Below are positions 1 through 7,223 of a DNA stretch of 64,000 nt, one piece after another. Source of the stretch: Acidimicrobiia bacterium (GTDB lineage: Bacteria > Actinomycetota > Acidimicrobiia > Spongiisociales > UBA5794). How positions within the stretch are numbered: the first letter of the stretch is position 1; every line of letters starts with the position of its first letter. The translations under genes were made by a program, and so were the position numbers. The stretch is from contig DATHUV010000034.1 in NCBI GenBank assembly GCA_035461905.1, forward strand, positions 8,574-72,573, read 5' to 3'. The notes beneath the pieces are model-generated. The model saw nothing but the letters and a program-made list of their open reading frames with translations, had not been told where the DNA came from and did not search any database.

Positions 1-182
1 GACCCGCCGCTGATCGGGCTGACGGCTCCGATCATTCTCATGGTCGACGTCTTTCCGGCGCCGTTCGGACCGAGGAACCCGAATGACTCACCCGCATTCA
101 CCTCGAAGTCGATGCCGTCGACCGCGACGAAGTCACCGAAGCGTTTCTCGAGCGCCTTCCCGCGGATGAGGACATCAGACAT
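1..182 (-). CDS. ABC transporter ATP-binding protein, N-terminal fragment (gene continues past window start)
   Basis: Reverse-strand reading from ATG at 182 gives MSDVLIRGKALEKRFGDFVAVDGIDFEVNAGESFGFLGPNGAGKTST..., an ABC ATPase N-terminus with Walker A GPNGAGKT. It is absent from the ORF track because it runs off the edge. Confidence 0.75.
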   Translation of the reverse strand, partial: MSDVLIRGKALEKRFGDFVAVDGIDFEVNAGESFGFLGPNGAGKTSTMRMIGAVSPISGG

Positions 183-316
183 GAGGCCGTCAACGTTACC
201 GGCGACGTGTGACACATCGGACCCCGGCAAACGATAGGGGAGTGTCCCGGAACCTGCGCGATAGCACGGCGGCGGCGTCCACCGTGCCTGCGCGCCGTCT
301 CCCGTATCCTGCCCGC

Positions 317-1267
317 ATGGACATTCGCGAGAACATCGTCGAGGCGATCGGCGGAACGCCGTTGGTGCGCCTGTCGCGCATCCATCCTCCCGGCAACCTC
401 GTCGCCAAGATCGAGTACATGAACCCCGGAGGATCGATCAAGGACCGCATCGGGCTCGGCATGATCGAGCGGGCCGAGGCGAACGGGTGGATCAGTCCTG
501 GTGACACGATCGTCGAGCCGACATCGGGGAACACCGGTGTGGGCCTTGCGATGGTCGCTGCGATACGGGGCTACAAGCTCATCTGTGTCATGCAGGACAA
601 GCAGTCGAAGGAGAAGCAGGACCTCCTCAAGGCCTATGGCGCACAGGTCGTGTTGTGCCCGACCGACGTCGAGCCGTCGGATCCCCGGTCGTACTACTCC
701 GTCGCCCAGGAGCTCTCCGAGCGCCAGGGACACTACCGGCCGGACCAGTACTCGAACCCGGCGAATCCCGAGGCCCACGTCCGCTCGACAGGTCCTGAGA
801 TCTGGGAGCAGACGGACGGGCGCATCGACGTCTACGTGGCCGGCGTCGGCACAGGGGGCACGATCTCGGGCACCGCGAGGTACCTGAAGGAACGGAACCC
901 CGACCTCGTCGTCGTCGGCGTGGACCCCGAGGGCTCCATCTACACGGCCGACTCCGATGACGATGTCACCACGTACCTCATCGAGGGTGTGGGTGAGGAC
1001 TTCTGGCCGTCGACCTACGATCCGTCGCTCACGGACCGGTACGAGATGGTCAACGATGCCGAAGCGTTTGCGATGACCAGGCGCCTCGCGGTCGAGGAGG
1101 GACTCCTCGTCGGCGGTTCGTGCGGTATGGCGGCCGTTGGTGCCCTGCGGGTCGCTGAGGAGGACCACAGCAAGCTCGTCGTGGTCATCCTTCCCGACTC
1201 GGGCCGCAGCTACCTGTCGAAGATCTTCAACGACCAGTGGATGACCGACAACGGCTTCGAGGTCTGA
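317..1267 (+). CDS. Cystathionine beta-synthase-type PLP enzyme (catalytic core only, no CBS/Bateman pair)
   Basis: From ATG 317 (MDIRENIVEAIGGTPLVRL). Fold-type II PLP motifs NPGGSIKDR, TSGNTGVGLA and GVGTGGTISG are present. The C-terminal stretch VGVDPEGS...IEGVGEDFWP...ILPDSGRSYLSKIFNDQWM resembles CBS more than CysK. The protein ends about 316 aa, leaving no room for a regulatory domain. Confidence 0.85.
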   Translation: MDIRENIVEAIGGTPLVRLSRIHPPGNLVAKIEYMNPGGSIKDRIGLGMIERAEANGWISPGDTIVEPTSGNTGVGLAMVAAIRGYKLICVMQDKQSKEKQDLLKAYGAQVVLCPTDVEPSDPRSYYSVAQELSERQGHYRPDQYSNPANPEAHVRSTGPEIWEQTDGRIDVYVAGVGTGGTISGTARYLKERNPDLVVVGVDPEGSIYTADSDDDVTTYLIEGVGEDFWPSTYDPSLTDRYEMVNDAEAFAMTRRLAVEEGLLVGGSCGMAAVGALRVAEEDHSKLVVVILPDSGRSYLSKIFNDQWMTDNGFEV

Positions 1268-1268
1268 T

Positions 1269-1329
1269 CCCCCGTTCTTGCGTAACTGGGTTCCGCCCTG
1301 AGTGAAACCCAGTTACGCAAGAACGGGGG
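1269..1329 (+). repeat. Palindromic element copy 1 (perfect 24-bp arms CCCCCGTTCTTGCGTAACTGGGTT, 13-nt loop CCGCCCTGAGTGA)
   Basis: Arms at 1269-1292 and 1306-1329 are perfect reverse complements. The element lies between the co-directional CBS-like and cystathionine gamma-lyase genes. Confidence 0.95.
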
Positions 1330-1400
1330 AGGGGGATACGGTGGGGGCTTCGCCGACGGCTACGGTTCGGGCGTAGCAGCCCACTCTGGAGGACCACGAC

Positions 1401-2555
1401 ATGGACAGCGAGGATCGGTTCGAGACCCTGGCGATCCACGCGGGGCAGGACCCTGACCCTGCGACGGGTGCCGCCGTCGTGCCGATCTACGCCACCTCGA
1501 CCTACGTGCAGGAAGCGCCGGGTGTCCACAAGGGATACGAGTACTCCCGCACGGACAACCCGACGCGGACTGCCCTCCAGACCCAGATCGCAGCCCTCGA
1601 GGGCGTCGGGGCCGACGACGATGGCGGGTGCGTCGCAACCGCTTCCGGCCTCGCGGCGACCGCCCTCATCGGCTACATGCTCGAACCTGGTGACCACATC
1701 CTGCTGCCGAACGACGCGTACGGGGGGACCTTCCGGCTGATCGCCAGGGTGTTGTCGGGCCACGGCATCGAGTGGTCGGCGGTCGACATGACGGACCTCG
1801 ATGCACTGGCGGCGGCGATCCGGCCGGCAACGAAGCTCGTCTGGGTGGAGACCCCGACCAATCCGCTCCTGAGGATCGTCGATATCGCAGGGGTCGTCGA
1901 TGCCGCATCGGATGTCGGGGCGATGGTGGCCGTCGACAACACGTTCGCAACGCCGTTCCTCCAGCGACCCCTCGACCTCGGAGCGGACATCGTGATCCAC
2001 TCGTCGACGAAGTACCTCGGAGGGCACTCCGACACCGTCGGCGGGGCGATCATCACCAACGACTCCGATCTCCACGAGAGGCTCCGATTCCTCCAGAACG
2101 CCGCAGGTCCCGTGCCTGGCCCGTTCGACTGCTACCTCGTGCTCAGGGGGATCAAGACGCTCGCTGTGCGCATGGAGCGCCACACGTCGAACGCCACGGT
2201 GATCGCGAACTTCCTCGCAGACGACCCGCGTGTGGAGTCCGTCTGGTACCCGGGCCTCATCGACGACCCCGGGCACGCGGTGGCCTCTCGCCAGATGGAC
2301 GGGTACGGAGGCATGGTTTCGTTCACCCCCGTCGGAGGTGTCGAGGCGGCGAATGCGATCGTGACCCGAACGCGGCTGTTCTTCCTCGCGGAAAGCCTCG
2401 GGGGCGTCGAGTCCCTCATCGAGGTCCCCGCTGCGATGACCCACCTTTCGGTCGAGGGCACAGATCTCGAGGTGCCCAAGCACCTGATCCGCCTCAGCGT
2501 CGGCATCGAGCATGTCGATGATCTGCTGTCCGACCTCGATCGGGCCCTCGGGTGA
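1401..2555 (+). CDS. Cystathionine gamma-lyase/gamma-synthase family PLP enzyme
   Basis: The 384-aa ORF shows Cys/Met-metabolism PLP family features: IHAGQDPD, the SSTKYLGGHSD lysine motif, and ESLGGVESLIEVPAAMTH. It sits directly downstream of the CBS-like gene. Confidence 0.9.
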   Translation: MDSEDRFETLAIHAGQDPDPATGAAVVPIYATSTYVQEAPGVHKGYEYSRTDNPTRTALQTQIAALEGVGADDDGGCVATASGLAATALIGYMLEPGDHILLPNDAYGGTFRLIARVLSGHGIEWSAVDMTDLDALAAAIRPATKLVWVETPTNPLLRIVDIAGVVDAASDVGAMVAVDNTFATPFLQRPLDLGADIVIHSSTKYLGGHSDTVGGAIITNDSDLHERLRFLQNAAGPVPGPFDCYLVLRGIKTLAVRMERHTSNATVIANFLADDPRVESVWYPGLIDDPGHAVASRQMDGYGGMVSFTPVGGVEAANAIVTRTRLFFLAESLGGVESLIEVPAAMTHLSVEGTDLEVPKHLIRLSVGIEHVDDLLSDLDRALG

Positions 2556-3618
2556 GCGTCGGGTACGATTGCTCGATGGAACACGGACGCGGCGGTTGAT
2601 CGACCCGAAGCTTTACGAACTCGGCTGGAACGAGGAGTGGGAGACGAAGCGCCTCGCCGCAAGGGCCATCGGCGACCCCGCCCGTGTGGTCCGCCATGAC
2701 GCCGTCAGGGTGCTGGTCGCAACCCCCTATCAGGTCGGACAGGTCACGTTCCCCAAACGCATGTCGCTCGCGGTGGGCGATTGGGTCCTCGTGGCCAACG
2801 AAACGGTCACGCACCGGCTCGAGCGAAGCAACGTCCTCGAGCGGGACAACGCCGAGTACGGCACGCAGACGATCGCCGCGAACATCGACCTCGTCTTCGT
2901 GCTCTTCGGGGCCGACAGGCCCCTCAGGCAGCGCAAGGTGATGCGTTTCGTCGCCTTTGCGGGTGACATCGGTGCGACCCCTGTGGTGTTGATCACCAAA
3001 GCGGATCTCGTCGATGACGTCGATGCGCTGAAGGACTCGATCGCGCCCTGGATCCCCGGCGTCGAGGTCATGACGACCTCCATCGAGACGGGGATGGGCC
3101 TTCCCGAGGTCGTAGCCGAGCTCGCGGGGCGGACGGGGACCTTCATCGGGGAATCCGGCGCCGGCAAGTCGTCCCTCGTGAACGCCCTGATGGACGAGGA
3201 GGTCGCCTGGGTGGGTGACGTGCGAGAGCGCGACTCGAAGGGCAGGCACACCACGACCCACCGGGAGCTCCATCGGCTCCCCGGGGGTGGCCTGATCATC
3301 GACAACCCCGGCGTGCGGGCACTCGGCCTCGCCGCGGAGGGTGAGGGGATTGAGGCTGCGTTCTCTGATCTCGAGGAGCTCGCGCTCGAGTGTCGATTCC
3401 GGGACTGCGCCCACAGGAGCGAACCGGGATGCGCAGTGCGCGAGGCGATCGAAGGAGGAGTCCTGACCGAGGAGCGGTGGTCCGCGTACCTCCACTTCGT
3501 GAACGAGCAGGACCAGGCAGCACACCGTGCCGGAGCGCGGGATCGAAGGGCGGCGACCCGTCGGGAGGCTGCGTCGCTGCAACGAGGCCGCGACGCCAGC
3601 GACGTGCTCGACGAGTGA
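2512..3618 (+). CDS. rsgA: Ribosome small-subunit-dependent GTPase A
   Basis: P-loop GESGAGKSSLVNAL, G4-like ITKADL, and C-terminal zinc knuckle CRFRDCAHRSEPGCAV. ATG 2512 overlaps the upstream gene by 44 nt, so the true start is probably in-frame TTG 2569 or 2596, just before LYELGW. Confidence 0.85.
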   Translation: MSMICCPTSIGPSGERRVRLLDGTRTRRLIDPKLYELGWNEEWETKRLAARAIGDPARVVRHDAVRVLVATPYQVGQVTFPKRMSLAVGDWVLVANETVTHRLERSNVLERDNAEYGTQTIAANIDLVFVLFGADRPLRQRKVMRFVAFAGDIGATPVVLITKADLVDDVDALKDSIAPWIPGVEVMTTSIETGMGLPEVVAELAGRTGTFIGESGAGKSSLVNALMDEEVAWVGDVRERDSKGRHTTTHRELHRLPGGGLIIDNPGVRALGLAAEGEGIEAAFSDLEELALECRFRDCAHRSEPGCAVREAIEGGVLTEERWSAYLHFVNEQDQAAHRAGARDRRAATRREAASLQRGRDASDVLDE

Positions 3619-3625
3619 CGGTGCC

Positions 3626-4357
3626 CTAGATCGTCACGCCGAACGGGAGTGCGAGGCGATGGGCCGAGAGCAGTTCGGTGTCACCGAGGATGGTGCGTGT
3701 CGGCCCGTCGGCCACGATTGCTCCCCTGTCGATGATCACGCTTCGCTCACACACCTCGAGGGCGTAGAGCAGGTCGTGCGTCACGATCAGCTGGGTGACG
3801 TCGAGTCCTGCAAGCACACGCGTGAGCTCGGCACGCGCCGCAGGGTCGAGGTTGGCGGTCGGTTCGTCGAGAACGACGATGTCGGGTTCCATCGCGAGGA
3901 CGCCAGCGATCGCCGCGCGGCGCTTCTGACCGAATGAGAGGTGGTTGGGCGATCGATCGGCGAGGTCGGCCACCTCGACGGCCTCGAGCGCGCTGCGGAC
4001 CCGTTCGGCGACCTCTTCGTCATCCAGGCCCAGATTTCGCGGACCGAACGCGACGTCTGCCGCGACGGTCGGCATGAAGAGCTGATCGTCGGGGTCCTGG
4101 AAGACGATGCCGACCCGACGCCGTGCCTCCATGACCGAATCCCTGGCGATCACGATCCCCGACACGCTCACCGACCCCCTCTGGGGCATGTGGATCCCGT
4201 TGAGGTGCAGGACGAGGGTCGTCTTGCCCGCTCCGTTGGGCCCGAGCAGGGCGACCCGCTCACCGCGGTGGATGTGGAGGTCCACGTGGTCGAGCGCAGG
4301 AGTCCCGTCCGGGTACCGGAATGACAGATCCTCGACGGAGATGACGGGGACGCTCAT
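3626..4357 (-). CDS. cbiO: ECF/cobalt-type ABC transporter ATP-binding protein
   Basis: Starts MSVPVISVEDLSFRYPDG. Walker A GPNGAGKTT, signature LSFGQKRR and Walker B IVVLDEPT are present. The start ATG overlaps the cbiQ stop (ATGA). The 391-aa track ORF is an upstream extension through cbiQ. Confidence 0.9.
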   Translation of the reverse strand: MSVPVISVEDLSFRYPDGTPALDHVDLHIHRGERVALLGPNGAGKTTLVLHLNGIHMPQRGSVSVSGIVIARDSVMEARRRVGIVFQDPDDQLFMPTVAADVAFGPRNLGLDDEEVAERVRSALEAVEVADLADRSPNHLSFGQKRRAAIAGVLAMEPDIVVLDEPTANLDPAARAELTRVLAGLDVTQLIVTHDLLYALEVCERSVIIDRGAIVADGPTRTILGDTELLSAHRLALPFGVTI

Positions 4358-5118
4358 CGAAGCACCCATGCAAGGCCGCAGACAAGCCAGGCAGCGGCGA
4401 TGAGTGAGGCAGAGACGATCCACTGCCCCCGCGGCGTCGCAGGCTGGAGCGAGGCGGGCATCGTGCCGGTGTAGCCACGCGACGCCATGGAGAGGTAGAC
4501 GCGTTCGCCTCGTTCGAGCGTCCTGATGAACATCACTCCCACCGTGCGAGCGTACGGGCCCACCTGCATGAACCAGCGAGGGTCGTGTCCTCGAGACGCC
4601 ATCGCGACCCGCATGCGCGACCAGTCCCCGGTGATGACGTCGACGTAGCGAACCATGAAACCCGCGATCGCGGTCACGATCGAGGGCACCCGGAGGCCGT
4701 CGAACCCTGCGAGCATCTCGGTGACCTCCGTCGTCGCCCCGAGGATCACCGCGATAGCGAGGCCCAGCGTTGCTTTCGCGACGATGTTCCAGGCGTCCCA
4801 CAGTCCTGCGGTCGACAGGTCGAAGCCGAGTACCTCGGTGGTCGGACCGGATCCGAAGATGGGGAGCAGCGCGGCGAGGATGAGGAACGGGATCTCGATC
4901 GTCATCCGCCTGGCGGCGAATGCGGGCGTAAGGCCCGCGATCGCAGCGACCGCCACGATCACCGCCGTGTAGACGCCGAATGCCCAGATCGCCTCCCGGG
5001 GCGTCGACACGATCGCAAGCAGCGCGCCGAAGGCGGTCGCGATCTTGATCTGTGGTGCGGCGCGGTGCACCGGGGAGTGCCCGTGCAGGTACAGCGCGTG
5101 GACGTGACTACTCGACAT
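4354..5118 (-). CDS. cbiQ: ECF transporter transmembrane (T) component
   Basis: The 254-aa polytopic membrane protein sits between the PDGLE protein and the cbiO ATPase, in the canonical cbiM-N-Q-O order. Confidence 0.8.
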   Translation of the reverse strand: MSSSHVHALYLHGHSPVHRAAPQIKIATAFGALLAIVSTPREAIWAFGVYTAVIVAVAAIAGLTPAFAARRMTIEIPFLILAALLPIFGSGPTTEVLGFDLSTAGLWDAWNIVAKATLGLAIAVILGATTEVTEMLAGFDGLRVPSIVTAIAGFMVRYVDVITGDWSRMRVAMASRGHDPRWFMQVGPYARTVGVMFIRTLERGERVYLSMASRGYTGTMPASLQPATPRGQWIVSASLIAAAWLVCGLAWVLR

Positions 5119-5142
5119 GGCGATCCGACGCCCCGTCGTCGA

Positions 5143-5457
5143 TCAGCGTTTCGATGCAGGCTCCGGCGTCCTGCTCCGTGCGAGCCAGAACAGCCCGATC
5201 GCGAGCACCGCCGTCACCGCGACACCGACGAAACCCGCGATCGCCGTCGCCGTCGAGGCATCCTGATCGAGGTTCTCCCCATAGTCCGCGAGGGGAGCGT
5301 CCCCGAAGGTGTGGTCCTCGGCGGTGTCGACGAATCCCTCCTCCTCTGCCACGAACTCCAGCCCGTCCGGGTTCGAAGAGGCGAACTGGCTCAGCACGAT
5401 TCCCGTCAACGCGATCACGACGACGGCGACGATGACAAGCATCGTGTTCCTGTTCAT
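5143..5457 (-). CDS. PDGLE-domain small membrane protein (CbiN-position component)
   Basis: 104 aa with an N-terminal TM helix (MLVIVAVVVIALTGIVL), then the SSNPDGLEFV motif and a C-terminal TM helix. Its start overlaps the cbiM stop (ATGA). Confidence 0.75.
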   Translation of the reverse strand: MNRNTMLVIVAVVVIALTGIVLSQFASSNPDGLEFVAEEEGFVDTAEDHTFGDAPLADYGENLDQDASTATAIAGFVGVAVTAVLAIGLFWLARSRTPEPASKR

Positions 5458-6131
5458 ACGAATGCCTCCGTGCGCTCCCCGATGTAGTCCGGCGCCCCGT
5501 AGACGAGGTCGGGCCGTGCCTGGACGACCGCCAGGATCACGAAGAAGGTGATCACGCCCTCACCGATCCCGATGAACACGTGGGTCGTGACCATGGCCCA
5601 CAAGACGGAGGCGAGCGATACCGACTCGGCCGCCCCACCGATCGCGAACTCCACGGCGAATGCAAGGGCAGCCATTGGCACCGATAGGAACGCGGCGACC
5701 CCGGCGGACGCGGCAACTGCCCTGTGGCTCTTCGAGGTGAACCGCAGGATCGCCCGGTAGACGTAGTAACCCCCGACGGACGCGACCAGGCCCATGTTGA
5801 TGATGTTCAGTCCGAGTGCCGACAGGCCCCCGTCGGCGAACAGGAATGCCTGGACGATGAGGACGATGGCGAGGACGACGTACCCCGCCGCAGGCCCCAC
5901 GAGGACCGCTGCCAGGACACCACCGATGAGGTGCCCGCTCATCCCGGGAAGTACGGGAAAGTTCACCATCTGGGCGGCAAAGACGAACGCTGCCGTGAGG
6001 GCGGCGAGGGGGACCAACCGCTCCGTGAGATAGCTGCGGAGCTGGCGAAGGGCGTACGCGAACCCGCCAGCGGCACCGACACCCGCAGCGGCGGACATGC
6101 CCGCATTGATGAACCCGTCGGGTATGTGCAT
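5454..6131 (-). CDS. cbiM: Cobalt/nickel ECF transporter substrate-capture component
   Basis: From ATG 6131 the protein begins MHIPDGFINAG, the N-terminal Met-His-Ile-Pro-Asp-Gly metal-binding signature of CbiM/NikM. It is polytopic. AGGAGG lies 4 nt upstream of the ATG. The metal (Co or Ni) cannot be decided from sequence. Confidence 0.88.
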   Translation of the reverse strand: MHIPDGFINAGMSAAAGVGAAGGFAYALRQLRSYLTERLVPLAALTAAFVFAAQMVNFPVLPGMSGHLIGGVLAAVLVGPAAGYVVLAIVLIVQAFLFADGGLSALGLNIINMGLVASVGGYYVYRAILRFTSKSHRAVAASAGVAAFLSVPMAALAFAVEFAIGGAAESVSLASVLWAMVTTHVFIGIGEGVITFFVILAVVQARPDLVYGAPDYIGERTEAFV

Positions 6132-6377
6132 CGATCCTCCTGTTGCGAAGCAGTCGCAACAAGGATAGCACGGCGATGCATCAGGGTCCTCGGTCTCCCA
6201 TGCCAGCCGGTAGACCTCGATGCTTCCCGACGGTCCGCGCTCTTCCCCTCTCGGGAAGCTACCCAGCCATCCGAGCATGACCCCACCTGCGAAATGCCCT
6301 CAGTCCCAGAGGTCGATCTGCGGCAGCCCGGCAGGAGTGATCCGGAACCGTTCAGGGGAGGGCCCATGAACCGGTCG
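6132..6377 (-). promoter_or_regulatory. Structured 5-prime leader of the cbiM operon (candidate riboswitch, class unconfirmed)
   Basis: About 245 nt of non-coding sequence lie between the lipoprotein stop and the cbiM ATG. A hairpin at 6139-6164 has a 3-prime arm running into the AGGAGG Shine-Dalgarno. Read on the minus strand, a GGGAGACC (B12-box-like core) maps to 6192-6199 and GGGAAG motifs to about 6224-6258. Confidence 0.4.
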
Positions 6378-7223
6378 TCACCTGATTCTGTACCCCAAGT
6401 TCCTCGCAGACTGGCGGAGTTCTTCTGCGTCGTACAACGAGAGCGCGATACGGACGTCGTCCTCGATCGACTCCACACCCGATCCGTGGGCATCAAAGGA
6501 GTACACGACGCACCCACCCTCGAATACGTAGTACCAGTTACCGACGTACTTCGCGTCGGTCTCCGCCGCTTCGATCGTCTCGATTGCCGTGTCGAGATCG
6601 CTGACCTCGATCTCGCCGTCCCTCCCCTGGACGAGGAGCGTGAGCGTTCCTTCTTCCGCATCCCGCACACTGATCACGATCACGTGGGCACCCGCTGCGA
6701 GGGCCTTCTCGATTCGGGCAGCCGTTGAGTCGGCGGAGGTTGACGTCGACGCGATGACCTCTCGCCCCCTGATCTGGGTCTCCTCGAGCTCGAGGACGAC
6801 CTCGATGGTCCGATCCATCGTCGCTCGGTTCGTCGTCTCGGGTATCACGACGATGTCGACCTCGATCAGCGACTCGACGTCCTCCCACAGCTCGATGTCC
6901 AGATCCGGGATCACCACGCGCTCGGCGTCGCCCAGATCGCAGCTCAAGACGTTGTCGACACGGAGGAAGCCGAACCCCATACGATCGGAATCAAGGGTGT
7001 AGGACGACCGGCCGGACTCCGCAACCAGGTCCTGGAAGCTCCACCCTGCCTTCAGACCCTCAACGCACGAGATGTATCGCGCTCCAGGGACGGACTGCAC
7101 GGCAAGCACGAGGGTGGCATTGGCACTGGTCCTGTCACATTCCGGAAGCGCCCTTCCGAGCTCCGACGAGCATGCGGACACGAGGAGGCCGATCCCGACG
7201 AGAAGCAGGAAAACGCGCCTCAT
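6378..7223 (-). CDS. Lipoprotein of unknown function
   Basis: From ATG 7223: MRRVFLLLVGIGLLVSAC, a signal peptide with lipobox. The acidic mature domain has no recognisable motif. The start overlaps the stop of the PAP2-kinase gene (ATGA). The 434-aa track ORF is an upstream extension. Confidence 0.75.
   Translation of the reverse strand: MRRVFLLLVGIGLLVSACSSELGRALPECDRTSANATLVLAVQSVPGARYISCVEGLKAGWSFQDLVAESGRSSYTLDSDRMGFGFLRVDNVLSCDLGDAERVVIPDLDIELWEDVESLIEVDIVVIPETTNRATMDRTIEVVLELEETQIRGREVIASTSTSADSTAARIEKALAAGAHVIVISVRDAEEGTLTLLVQGRDGEIEVSDLDTAIETIEAAETDAKYVGNWYYVFEGGCVVYSFDAHGSGVESIEDDVRIALSLYDAEELRQSARNLGYRIR

Noticed and set aside
98-1168. Long antisense or alternate-frame ORFs overlapping recognised genes. 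Examples: 98-1168(-), 1227-2513(-), 2494-3582(-), 13640-14389(-), 14414-15358(-), 20357-21745(+), 25708-27651(+), 36606-38252(+), 38387-39655(-), 40575-41534(-), 43367-44317(-), 46915-47955(-), 47250-48554(-), 53512-54438(+), 61143-61928(-).
   Set aside because: These are typical high-GC shadow ORFs. Their translations are Arg/Pro/Gly/Ala-rich and lack motifs. In every case the opposite strand or another frame encodes a protein with clear family signatures.
1269-1329. Palindromic elements as integron attC sites or a CRISPR-like array.
   Set aside because: The copies are dispersed over 62 kb between housekeeping genes rather than arrayed with regular spacers. The ends do not fit the attC RYYYAAC/GTTRRRY cores. 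I saw no integrase or cas genes.
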